From contig CAWFAK010000005.1 in assembly GCA_963813715.1 (NCBI GenBank), forward strand, positions 1,280,001 through 1,344,000: a DNA stretch of 64,000 nt, read 5' to 3'. Under the pieces are notes generated by a model. The model saw nothing but the letters and a program-made list of their open reading frames with translations. It was not told the origin of the DNA and ran no database searches. Positions 1 to 9,394 of the stretch are shown here, piece by piece (position 1 is the first letter of the stretch; each line of letters starts with the position of its first letter). A program made the position numbers and the translations under genes. The stretch is from an uncultured Planctomycetaceae bacterium. GTDB lineage: Bacteria > Planctomycetota > Planctomycetia > Planctomycetales > Planctomycetaceae.

Positions 1-1413
1 TCCGGATGCGCCTCAATCGACGACGAGACAATCGAGGTCTTGCGCGGCCTGGCCCACCTCCAAGCCATCGAGTGTCAAGGCACGCGAGTCTTCGATTCGT
101 GGAACGGACGTGCGGGTCCGCGAGTCGAGGGCGGCTCAAATGGGGTGGTGACCGCGCTTACGAACGCGGAGATTGACGAAGCGGCCGCTCTCGACTTGAG
201 TGCCGGCGGAATGCTGCGCAGGCTGACTCTCAGTCATTGCCGGCTGTCGTCGAAGGCTCTCCAGATCGCGACGAGTTCGCCGGCGCTGAGAGTCCTCGTG
301 CTGGACGGCTGCACGATCCTCGAGAACAATGCCGGACAACTGGGCAGTCTGGAGCGACTCGAATCGTTGACAATCCGCGACACGGCCTTCGACGCAGCCG
401 ATCTCGCGCGAGTCTGTGGCGGCCATCGGCTTTTTCACCTGGCGCTGGGCGGGTCTGCCGTCTTGGCGCTAACTGGATGGCCCGGGGCGCCTGCCGCGCA
501 AAACATCGATCTGCAGGGAGCGCGTTTCGGTGGGGATGCCCTCCCCGGCCTTCAGAGATGCACGGCGCTTGAAAGTCTCGATCTGAGCAACAGCGACGCG
601 GCGGACGCGGTGCTCCAGAACATTCAGCGGCTTGATAAGCTGGCAACGCTCAACCTCCCTCGTTGCAAGCACGTGACGGATCGCGGACTCGCCTACCTCG
701 CGAAACTTCCCCAGCTACGGTCGTTGAGTCTGAGCGGAACGAGCATCACCGATCCTGGGCTCGAGGCGCTGTCGCGGCTTCCCTCACTTACCACTTTAGA
801 TCTGTCGGTGACGAGCCTGGATGGGCACGGGTTGATTTATTTCAAGCAGTGCAAGAACTTGAGAGATGTGAACCTCGCCGGGACGAAGCTTACCGACGAA
901 TCGATCGCCGCCGCGGGGTTTCCGCCCTTGCTTTCGAGCCTGTCCGTTGCCAAGACCTCCCTTCATGGCTCCGGTCTTGCGAGTCTGACGAACGTGAAAG
1001 GACTGCAAACTTTTGACGCGAGTGGATCGGACCTCGACGACGATGGCCTGCAAGCAATTGCCGCGATTCCAACCCTCGCGAGCTTGGATGTCTCGCATTG
1101 CGCCAGGATCACCGATGCGGGCGTGCGGCGAATCGCAAAGATGTCCCGCCTGCGGTCTCTCAACTTGTGCGGGACGCAAACGAGCGATGTGGCTCTCGAG
1201 GCAATTGCGGCGATGCCAGCTCTCGGGACACTCAATTTGCGGGAGACGCGGGTGACTGCACGGGGCGTTCAGCAACTCTCGTCGTGTCCTTTCCTCAACA
1301 ACCTCGAGGCTGACGAAACAGTCCGACCTCGGTCCGTGCTGCTTGACATCACGCGGCGGCGGAGTGCAACCAGGAGTGCCCTGCAGAGCGACAGGATCGG
1401 ACAGGCAAAATAA
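1..1413 (+). CDS. Leucine-rich repeat protein (5' truncated by window edge)
   Basis: Frame open from base 1; many LxxLxLxxTxITDxGL-type repeats (LRSLSLSGTSITDPGL, LASLDVSHCARITDAGV). Confidence 0.9.
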   Translation, partial: SGCASIDDETIEVLRGLAHLQAIECQGTRVFDSWNGRAGPRVEGGSNGVVTALTNAEIDEAAALDLSAGGMLRRLTLSHCRLSSKALQIATSSPALRVLVLDGCTILENNAGQLGSLERLESLTIRDTAFDAADLARVCGGHRLFHLALGGSAVLALTGWPGAPAAQNIDLQGARFGGDALPGLQRCTALESLDLSNSDAADAVLQNIQRLDKLATLNLPRCKHVTDRGLAYLAKLPQLRSLSLSGTSITDPGLEALSRLPSLTTLDLSVTSLDGHGLIYFKQCKNLRDVNLAGTKLTDESIAAAGFPPLLSSLSVAKTSLHGSGLASLTNVKGLQTFDASGSDLDDDGLQAIAAIPTLASLDVSHCARITDAGVRRIAKMSRLRSLNLCGTQTSDVALEAIAAMPALGTLNLRETRVTARGVQQLSSCPFLNNLEADETVRPRSVLLDITRRRSATRSALQSDRIGQAK

Positions 1414-1471
1414 GACGCTTTGCACCGCATGACTAGAACTGTCGGAAAGCCTTTCAACAGTGGGACGCAGC

Positions 1472-2563
1472 ATGACAGTCGGATTCGGAATCGTCGGTTG
1501 CGGGATGATCGCCAACTTTCACGCCAAGGCGATCGAGCACATTCGCGGCGCGAAGATCGTGGCCTGCACCGATAACGTGCCGGCCGCGGCGGATCGCTTT
1601 GCAGCGGCGAACAAATGCAAGGTCTACCCGACGGTGAAGGAGCTGTGCGCCGACCCGGCCGTGGAGATCGTGACGATCTGCACCCCGAGCGGCTCGCACC
1701 GCGATCCGGCCGTGACCGCCGCCAACGCGGGCAAACATGTCATCGTCGAGAAACCGCTCGAAGTTACGCTCAAGCGGTGCGACGCCATCATCGACGCCTG
1801 CCGCAAGAACAAAGTGCAGCTGTGCGCGATCTTCCCGTCGCGATTCAGCGAGGCGAATCTGGCGCTCAAAGACGCCATTGCGGCGGGACGCTTTGGCAAG
1901 CTGACGCTCGCTGACACCTACGTGAAGTGGTGGCGAACGCAGCAATACTACGACAGTGGCGGCTGGCGCGGCACCTGGGCCCTCGACGGAGGCGGCGCTT
2001 ACATGAACCAGGCGATTCACAACGTCGACCTGTTGTATTGGTTCATGGGAGACGTCGCTGAAATCACCGGCGTGACCGCAACCTTGGCCCACGAACGGAT
2101 CGAAGTCGAAGACGTCGGCGTGGCGGCCGTCCGTTTCGCTAACGGGGCCCTCGGCGTGATCGAGGCGACGACGAGCGCTTATCCCGGCTTGCTCAAAAAG
2201 ACCGAGATTCACGGCACGCAGGGATCGGTGATCGCCGAACAGGACGACATCCTGCTTTGGAGCTTTGAGAAGCCGCTCGCCAAGGACGCAGTCATCCGCA
2301 AGAAATTCGCCCAAAAGGTCGGCGGCACGGGCGGAGCGAGCGATCCGTCGGCCATCTCGTTTCTCGGCCATCAAAAGCAGATCCAGGACTTTGTCACGTC
2401 CATCAAGAAGGGCCGCAAGCCGCTGGTCGACGGCGAGGAGGGGCGTAAGAGCGTGGAGATCATCCTCGCCATCTATAAGTCGTCCTGGACCGGCCGCCGG
2501 GTAACGCTGCCACTGGCCAGCGACCCGCCCATCCCCAAGTCCCTGCGGACCAAAAGCGGCTGA
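1472..2563 (+). CDS. Gfo/Idh/MocA family oxidoreductase
   Basis: GIVGCGMIA Rossmann motif, HVIVEKPL, GGGAYMNQAIH; ATG at 1472. Confidence 0.93.
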   Translation: MTVGFGIVGCGMIANFHAKAIEHIRGAKIVACTDNVPAAADRFAAANKCKVYPTVKELCADPAVEIVTICTPSGSHRDPAVTAANAGKHVIVEKPLEVTLKRCDAIIDACRKNKVQLCAIFPSRFSEANLALKDAIAAGRFGKLTLADTYVKWWRTQQYYDSGGWRGTWALDGGGAYMNQAIHNVDLLYWFMGDVAEITGVTATLAHERIEVEDVGVAAVRFANGALGVIEATTSAYPGLLKKTEIHGTQGSVIAEQDDILLWSFEKPLAKDAVIRKKFAQKVGGTGGASDPSAISFLGHQKQIQDFVTSIKKGRKPLVDGEEGRKSVEIILAIYKSSWTGRRVTLPLASDPPIPKSLRTKSG

Positions 2564-2674
2564 GCGACTCCGCCCGAAGGTACCGGGCGATTTCGGCCTT
2601 GATCGAATCTGCCCGGCTGTCGAGAATCCGCCGATTTTTGCCGACTTGCCCCATTTGGTGGCGGATTCCTTCCG

Positions 2675-3679
2675 ATGACAACTCCGCTCTGCCGGCGATT
2701 GGATCGCGACGCGCCGCTGCCGATGTTCGTGGCGTCGGTTTGCATGCTCTTGCTGCTGGCCGGCGAGATCCATTTTTCGCACGGCAAGATGTTCGGGCAC
2801 TTGCTCTTTGCCTGCCACATCGGTCTGGCGGTCGTCTGGCCGGTGTTCGTGCTCGAAGCCCTGTTATGCGCCATGGCTGGCAATCCGCGCTGGAAACGAC
2901 GCTTGGCTTGCTGTCTCTGCCCTCCGCTGCGGTTGGGAGCGCGCGACGCGTGCACCGGTGAGCGCGTCTGGCTGCCAAGGGTGGGGTGGGTGGTCGCCGA
3001 CCGCGATTTGGAAGACCGGCTGGAGCGAGCGCTCAATCTGCCAATGATTCTGATCGCGCTGTGCGTGGTTCCGCTCCTGGCCTTGGACTATTACCAGCCC
3101 GAACATCATCCACTCCTGCACCATCTGCACGACGCGGTCGCCACAGCGTCGGCTGCACCGGCCGCGCCGCCGGCCCCCCCGCCATCGCTCCCTCCGGCTC
3201 TCAGGGCGAGGCTCGCCCCCGTGCTGGCTTCGGCGCAACTGCCGTCGGTGCGTTTTGCGACCCGCATCGGCGAAGCACTGATCTGGACGGCGTTCGCGCT
3301 CGAATTCCTGGTGATGATCGCCGTCGTCGAGCGGAAGCTGAAATATTGCTTGAAGCACTGGATCGACATCCTGGTGATCGTGTTGCCGCTGGTCGCATTC
3401 CTGCGTTCTTTGCGACTGGCTCGCCTCGCACGGCTCAACCAGATCGGCAAGTTCACACGTTTGTACCGGCTGCGAGGATCGGTTGTGCGAGCGCAGAAGG
3501 GGCTGGTGGTGGCCTCGGTCATCGAACGCAAAGTCTTTCGCAATCCGCGAAAGCAGCTCGCCAAACTGCAGGACATGTTGGCGGAGAAGGAACGGGAGAC
3601 CACCTTGCTCCGCGAACAGATCCGCCAGTTGCAGCTCGAGGTCGAGCGGCACGACGCGGCCAGTCGACGCGTGGCCTGA
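2675..3679 (+). CDS. Membrane protein with voltage-sensor-like S1-S4 domain and C-terminal coiled coil, no pore domain
   Basis: S2-like WTAFALEF, S3-like WIDILV, S4-like RSLRLARLARLNQIGKFTRLYR; no GYG filter. Confidence 0.75.
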   Translation: MTTPLCRRLDRDAPLPMFVASVCMLLLLAGEIHFSHGKMFGHLLFACHIGLAVVWPVFVLEALLCAMAGNPRWKRRLACCLCPPLRLGARDACTGERVWLPRVGWVVADRDLEDRLERALNLPMILIALCVVPLLALDYYQPEHHPLLHHLHDAVATASAAPAAPPAPPPSLPPALRARLAPVLASAQLPSVRFATRIGEALIWTAFALEFLVMIAVVERKLKYCLKHWIDILVIVLPLVAFLRSLRLARLARLNQIGKFTRLYRLRGSVVRAQKGLVVASVIERKVFRNPRKQLAKLQDMLAEKERETTLLREQIRQLQLEVERHDAASRRVA

Positions 3680-3706
3680 GCCGATTGTCCGCGAACCTTG
3701 ATGCCA

Positions 3707-4543
3707 TCAATCGTGATTGCTCGACTGCGCCACGCGTTTGAGGAATCGGGTCGAGCCCAGGCGGATCAGCGATCCCCCGAGCGTCGGGAACAGCGCCACA
3801 AACGCGCTCATCGGTCGCATCGGCGGCCAGTTCACGATCAGCTCGGCCTTGTCGTGCTCGATGGCTCGGATAACCGCCTCGGCCACGCGGTCGACCGTCG
3901 TCGAGCCGATGATGAACGGCGCACCGCGCCCCGATTGCTCGCGCATCCGGTCGTAGATTCCACCCTGCTCGGTAAAACCCGGGCAGATCGCCGAGGCCGA
4001 GATGCCGCGGCCGCGGTACTCGGCGCGGAGGGCGTGCGTGAAATTAATCAGGCCGGCCTTCGTCGTCCCGTACGCGGCGCCATAAGGAATGCCGAATTTG
4101 CCGGCTGTCGATGCCATGTTCACGATGTGTCCGCGGCCCGCCTTCAGCATGTGCGGAATCACCAGCCGCGTCAGCAACAGGGCCGAGGTGAGATTGACGG
4201 CAATCGTTTCGGCAATGCGGTCCAGCGGCAGCTCTTCGTAGCGATGAAAGGCCTCGACGCCGGCGTTGTTGACGAGCACGTCGATCGTCCCGAACTCGCC
4301 GATCGCTCGGTCGACCAGTGCCTCGAGCTTTTCGCGACGAGACACATCGGTCGGCACCGCCAGTGACTGCACTCCCACGGCGCGTACCGCAGCGGCGGCG
4401 TTTTCCAAGACGTCGGGCCGACGGGCCGCCAAAACAACGTTCGCTCCCGCTTGGGCCAGTCGCCTCGCGACGGCCAGGCCGATGCCGGCCGAGGCGCCGG
4501 TCACCAGTGCCGTGCTTCCACGAAGCTCGATCCGCCGCCCCAT
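3707..4543 (-). CDS. SDR family NAD(P)-dependent oxidoreductase
   Basis: TGASAGIG, NNAG and YGTTK motifs; start taken at MGRRIEL (4543), not the long ORF start. Confidence 0.92.
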   Translation of the reverse strand: MGRRIELRGSTALVTGASAGIGLAVARRLAQAGANVVLAARRPDVLENAAAAVRAVGVQSLAVPTDVSRREKLEALVDRAIGEFGTIDVLVNNAGVEAFHRYEELPLDRIAETIAVNLTSALLLTRLVIPHMLKAGRGHIVNMASTAGKFGIPYGAAYGTTKAGLINFTHALRAEYRGRGISASAICPGFTEQGGIYDRMREQSGRGAPFIIGSTTVDRVAEAVIRAIEHDKAELIVNWPPMRPMSAFVALFPTLGGSLIRLGSTRFLKRVAQSSNHD

Positions 4544-4672
4544 TGCCGTGACCTCCACACGCGTCTTCACCCCGGTCGAACGTCGCGCACCGGTGATTGA
4601 CCTGACATTCGGTGCAACGGGATAATAGGGCCTCCGTGGCGATCCCGCGACCCGGGGATTCGTGGTGGCCCG

Positions 4673-5404
4673 ATGAGCAATCCCTGGCTGACGCTGGCGA
4701 AAGACGACCCGCAGGCGGTCGCCGCCAAGAAGGCCATCGAAACCGGCGACGTCGCAGGGTTGAATGGCCTGCTTCAACAGAACCCCGACCTGGTCCGCAC
4801 GCGGTTCGGCGGCGAAAGCGGACGAACGCTGCTGCACATCGCCGCCGACTGGCCGGGGCATTTCCCGAACGGGCCGGCAATTGTGGCGGCCATCGTCGCG
4901 GCCGGGGCCGATGTGAATGCTCATTCGATCGCCCTGCACGAGGAAACGCCCCTGCATTGGGCTGCCAGCAGTGACGACGTTGCCGTGCTCGACGCTCTGC
5001 TCGATCATGGGGCTGACATCGAAGCCCAGGGAGCCGTGATTGGCGGCGGCAGCGCGCTCGCGGATGCATGCGCCTTCGGCCAATGGCAGGCGGCCCGTCG
5101 GCTGATTGAGCGGGGAGCCAAGAGCAATCTCTGGCAGTCGGCCACGCTGGGGTTGATGGATCGCGTCTCTGGGGAATTCGTGGGCAATACGCTGCCGCTC
5201 GAGGATATTACGAACGCCTTCTGGTGCGCCTGTCACGGTGGCCAGCGCGAGGCGGCCGAATACCTGCTCGCCCACGGCGCTGATCGAAACTGGATTGGAC
5301 ACGACCAACAGACGCCTCTCGACGCGGCCCGCCGCAGCGAAGCCCACGAACTGGCCGAGTGGTTGGTCACACAGGGTGCGAAATCGGCGACTGAACTCAA
5401 GTGA
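4673..5404 (+). CDS. Ankyrin repeat protein
   Basis: TLLHIAA, ETPLHWAA..GADIEA, TPLDAA ankyrin repeats. Confidence 0.9.
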   Translation: MSNPWLTLAKDDPQAVAAKKAIETGDVAGLNGLLQQNPDLVRTRFGGESGRTLLHIAADWPGHFPNGPAIVAAIVAAGADVNAHSIALHEETPLHWAASSDDVAVLDALLDHGADIEAQGAVIGGGSALADACAFGQWQAARRLIERGAKSNLWQSATLGLMDRVSGEFVGNTLPLEDITNAFWCACHGGQREAAEYLLAHGADRNWIGHDQQTPLDAARRSEAHELAEWLVTQGAKSATELK

Positions 5405-6264
5405 CCTTTCGCGCACTCACCACGCGCAACAGTCCGGCCGCATCCTTGAGCACCCGCACGTCGGCATAGCTGCCGGCCGCTTCCAACCGTGCCCGCACGG
5501 CATCGGCCTGCTCGGGCGAGATCTCCAACAGCAGCATACCGCCAGGCGTCAGTCGCGAGGCGGCACCGTCGATGATGCGAAACACAATCTCCGTTCCCGA
5601 CGGGCCGGCAAACAAAGCGGTATGCGGTTCATAACGGCGAACATCGTTTTGCAGCGTTTCGCGCTCGTGGTCGGCAATGTACGGCGGATTGCTGGCAATC
5701 ACTTCAAACTGCTCGCCCGGGGGCAGCGGCGCGAACAGGTCGCCCTGCAGGAAGCGAATGCGGTCGGCCACCGCGTGCGTCTGTGCGTTCTCCCGTGCGA
5801 TGGCCAGGGCCGCTTCGCTCAGATCGGTCGCCGTGACTCGGGCTTTCGGCAGATTCACCGCCGCCGCCACGGCGATGCAGCCGGACCCGGTGCCAATGTC
5901 CAGAATGCGGGGGGATTCGAGCGGCTTGGCGGCGTCGATCAGCTCGACGACCAGCGTCTCCGTGTCGGGCCGCGGAATGAGCACATCGGGCGTGACGCGA
6001 AACTCGAGACTGAAGAACTCGCGATGGCCGACCAGAGTAGGCGACCGGTTCGGACTTCGCCCGACGCTTGGCCAGATCGCGCATCACGGCCCGCTGGGCG
6101 TCGGTCAGCGGTTCGTCGAAATGCGTGTAAAGCTCGATGCGGCGGCAGGCGCGGGCGTGGGCCAGGAGAATCTCGGCATCCAGGCGCGGAGTGTCGCTGC
6201 CATGTTGTTTGAAATGGGCAGTGGTCCAGTCCAGAATCCGCCGGACGGTCCACTCTTCGGTCAT
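5397..6264 (-). CDS. prmC: Release factor glutamine methyltransferase (frameshift ~6037)
   Basis: RLDAEILLAH, LIPRPDTE, DIGTGSG, SNPPY; removing one base restores EPVAYLVGHREF; follows prfA. Confidence 0.93.
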
Positions 6265-6432
6265 AACGGTCACCGGATCCACCTAAGGGCGGCGTCGGGT
6301 GGCGGGGGCGTTCCGCACTTGCGGAAGCCCCGTCGTGCGATCGCCCGCAATCGCGACACCTTTATCGGTCCGGGGCTTCCGCGACCGCGGAGCGCCCCGG
6401 CCACCCGAGCTGAGCCAACCGATCGCGACGGC

Positions 6433-7521
6433 TCATTTCGACGAATTCCCGTCGCCCTTCGCGCCGTTGAGGCGCTCCTGGCGATCGAATTCGACGAGCG
6501 CACTGACCAGCTCGTCGATGTCGCCCTGCATGAACTGGTCGATTTTGTGCACCGTCAGGCCGATGCGGTGATCGGTCACGCGCCCCTGCGGAAAGTTGTA
6601 GGTGCGAATCCGCTCGTTGCGGCCGCCGCCGCCAATCAGCGAGCGCCGGTGGTCCGACCGCTCCTGATCGACCTGCTGCTGCTTGTGCTCGAAGATGCGG
6701 CTGCGAAGCTGGCGGAGTGCCTTGGCTTTGTTCTTGTGCTGACTTTTTTCGTCCTGGCACTTCACGACGATGCCCGTGGGCAAGTGCGTGATGCGGATAG
6801 CACTTTCCGTCTTGTTGACCTTTTGACCGCCCGGGCCGCTCGCGCGCATCGTGTCGATCTGCAGGTCTTCCGTGCGGATGTCGACTTCGACCTCGGTCAC
6901 TTCCGGCAGGACGGCGACGGTGGCCGTGCTCGTGTGGATGCGGCCCTGAGCTTCGGTCTCGGGAACGCGCTGCACGCGATGCCCGCCGCTCTCGAACTGC
7001 AGTTGTTGAAAGGCCGTTTCGCCGGTGACGGAAAAAACGACTTCCTTCAAGCCCCCCAGCTCGGTCGGGCTAAGATCGAGCACTTCGTATTTCCAGCCGC
7101 GCTTGTCGGCAAACCGCTTGTACATGTCGAACAGCTCGGCGGCGAAGAGAGCCGCTTCGTCGCCGCCGGTCCCCGCGCGGACTTCCATGATGAGGCTGCC
7201 GCGGGTGGCCGAGTCGCCGGCCGAGGCCAAATCTTCCAAGTCGGCTTCGAGCGCTTTTTGCTCGATAAGCAGCTGGTCCAGTTCGGTCTTGGCGTATTCG
7301 CGGGCCTGGTGGTCTTTTTCTTCTTCGAGCAGGGCGCGGGCCGACTCTACGTCGTCCTTGAGCGCGTGGTAGCGGCGCATGGCCCGCGCGACCTTGATCA
7401 ACCCCCCTTGCTCGCGCTGCAGCGGCAGGAACTTGGCGGGGTCGCTCGAATTCGCCGGGTCCTGGAGCATCTGCTCCAGCTCGTCGTAGCGTTTGAGCTT
7501 GGATTCAAGACTGGGATACAT
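6433..7521 (-). CDS. prfA: Peptide chain release factor 1
   Basis: [20 protein letters not shown] motif, RIRTYNFPQ. Confidence 0.97.
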   Translation of the reverse strand: MYPSLESKLKRYDELEQMLQDPANSSDPAKFLPLQREQGGLIKVARAMRRYHALKDDVESARALLEEEKDHQAREYAKTELDQLLIEQKALEADLEDLASAGDSATRGSLIMEVRAGTGGDEAALFAAELFDMYKRFADKRGWKYEVLDLSPTELGGLKEVVFSVTGETAFQQLQFESGGHRVQRVPETEAQGRIHTSTATVAVLPEVTEVEVDIRTEDLQIDTMRASGPGGQKVNKTESAIRITHLPTGIVVKCQDEKSQHKNKAKALRQLRSRIFEHKQQQVDQERSDHRRSLIGGGGRNERIRTYNFPQGRVTDHRIGLTVHKIDQFMQGDIDELVSALVEFDRQERLNGAKGDGNSSK

Positions 7522-7701
7522 GGCGAATGCGAACCGGAGAGCGGCCTTCGAGCGTCACACGATCCGTCGGTGGGGCTGGCTTGGACCCGTATTTTACGAC
7601 GTCCGCATTCTAAGCGGCCCAGTCAACACACGGCCGCCGAGGATCGTCGACGGCCCGACTACGGGCAGAACGGGCGTTGCATCGTCCGGCAAACGGAATC
7701 C

Positions 7702-7992
7702 CTACGAGGCGGCTTCGCCTTCGGCGGGGGCGGCGGCGCCCTTGCGCGAGGCCCACTTGTATTTTTTCTGGAACTTCTCGACCCGTCCAGCGGCGTCGAC
7801 GTACTTCATCTTCCCGGTGAAATACGGGTGCGAGTAGGCGCTGATATCCACGCGGATGAGCGGATAGTCTTTGCCGTCCTCCCACTTGACCGTTTCCTTC
7901 GAGGTCATCGTGGTGCGGGACAAGAACTTATGGCCTGTCGACGTATCGAGAAACACGGCCTCTTTGTAGTCCGGGTGAATTCCAGCTTTCAT
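7702..7992 (-). CDS. rpmE2: 50S ribosomal protein L31 type B
   Basis: MKAGIHPDY...SHPYFTG...GRVEKF; no zinc-binding cysteines. Confidence 0.93.
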   Translation of the reverse strand: MKAGIHPDYKEAVFLDTSTGHKFLSRTTMTSKETVKWEDGKDYPLIRVDISAYSHPYFTGKMKYVDAAGRVEKFQKKYKWASRKGAAAPAEGEAAS

Positions 7993-8357
7993 CGCATCGC
8001 CCTATTGCCGACGGCTCGGCCAAAGAATCGTGAAACCAGTTTGCGAACAGGCCAGTTTAGAAACCGAAAGCCCGGGGAGCAACATTAGCCGGCTGGTCAG
8101 CCACGGGGCCGACCGCCCGGGATGCTCGGAGGACCTGCCATTCCGCCGAATCGCTCCGGCCGCCATCGATCGCGATCGTCCGGAAGGGACCGGACCGGTC
8201 TCCTTCGGGTTCGGTCCGCTTCACGAGAATGTGTCCGGACCTGACGTGGATCGGACATGGACCTGACAGTGCTGGAGTCACAAGTCATTTCTCAATTTTC
8301 ACTTATGGCGAAAAACTGGGTCAAAGCCGGCTTCCGGTCCGATCCGGTCCTCTTCCC

Positions 8358-8479
8358 GCAGAAAGTGTCCGGACCTGCGAGTCCGGGCTGGCCGAGACTG
8401 TCCGGACCTGAGAGTCCGGACCCGCCGAGACTGTCCGGACCTGAGTGTCCGGACCTGGCCGAGAGTGTCCGGGCCGGAC
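8358..8479. repeat. Tandem array of ~33-bp units, each with two GTCCGGAC-type palindromes
   Basis: Units at 8358-8390, 8391-8423, 8424-8457 and partial 8458-8479; outlying GTGTCCGGACC copies at 8231 and 8544. Confidence 0.88.
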
Positions 8480-8796
8480 TTGCGACAGCCGGATCGCCCG
8501 CTCGGGGTCAAACTCTTCGCGGGTCTGTTTCCTAATAAAGAAAGTGTCCGGACCGAACCTCTTTGTGACCTCGGCGGAACGGTCCGTCCCCCCTGTTCGG
8601 CCGCGTTGGCCTCCCCCGCGCGCACCGATTTCGTCCGAACTCCGTGGTCGAAATCCGCATCATCGATCCTACGGCGGGCGTCGCGACGGCGCCGAGCCCA
8701 AGTTTCCATGTGCGTGGAAACAACTCGCGAAATCCCGGGGGAGCGTCTTCCGACGGGCGATGCCTCGCGATCGATGATCGGGCAGAACATTTTCCA

Positions 8797-9174
8797 ATGA
8801 CGAAGTCCCAAACGCCCAAGATCGATCGCCGCCTGCTCGGCGTGTGGCGATCCGACCGTGGCCGGACATTTCGGAACTACAAGCCTGGGCCGAAATCAAC
8901 TCCCCGGTCATCTCGCCGCTTCAAAGCAATCTTCGGAAAACTGCGAGTCCGCTGGACGCGCAAGTTTGTGTACACGGAGTACGAGGCGAGTCGGAGTCGC
9001 AGCTCCTACGCGGTCGTGGCCAGCGATCGGATCAGCGTGGTCGTTTGCATCGACGACGAGTTGCTGCACGTGCACTTCGAGGGCGACCACTATTGGATCG
9101 GCGTCAAAGGCATTTTGTGCGAGCATTTCAACCGAGTGAAACGGCCCCCGCGACGAGTCCGTCGTAGGGCGTGA
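8797..9174 (+). CDS. Hypothetical protein (125 aa, basic)
   Basis: Protein-like ORF MTKSQTPKIDRRLLGVWRSD... with aromatic, beta-rich composition; no family recognised. Confidence 0.65.
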   Translation: MTKSQTPKIDRRLLGVWRSDRGRTFRNYKPGPKSTPRSSRRFKAIFGKLRVRWTRKFVYTEYEASRSRSSYAVVASDRISVVVCIDDELLHVHFEGDHYWIGVKGILCEHFNRVKRPPRRVRRRA

Positions 9175-9296
9175 CCAGGTGACAGCCGCAGGCACACCGC
9201 CCGAATCATCGCGGACAACTGCGGTCGACTTTGTCGCGGACAGTATCGCATCGGAGAACCGGCTGGCTGACACCGCCGCTCGCCAGAGAAGCCGCG

Positions 9297-9340
9297 CTAC
9301 ATCCACTCTTTGATGAGCTGGCCTTCCACGAGATGGATCG
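9297..9340. repeat. 44-bp diverged direct repeat of the DUF1501 gene 3' end (other copy 11080-11123)
   Basis: 40/44 identical by manual alignment; the minus strand encodes IHLVEGQLIKEWM*. Confidence 0.9.
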
Positions 9341-9394
9341 AGATCTCGCGCCGCCGCATTCATCCGGCCCGGCGCCCAGAGTTTGTAAAACCAC

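Noticed and set aside
4544..5416. N-terminal 291 aa of the 569-aa SDR ORF
   Set aside because: Mostly antisense to the ankyrin gene; the SDR domain starts at 4543.
5397..6264. Programmed frameshift or pseudogene in prmC
   Set aside because: No slippery site; it is one of many similar indels, consistent with sequencing error.
5677..8088. 803-aa plus-strand ORF and other long antisense ORFs
   Set aside because: Shadow of prmC/prfA/rpmE2, expected with high-GC codon bias; no protein motifs.
7993..8100. Zur box upstream of zinc-free L31
   Set aside because: No convincing palindrome found by eye.
8231..8554. CRISPR array
   Set aside because: Units are contiguous with no unique spacers, and no cas genes are in the window.
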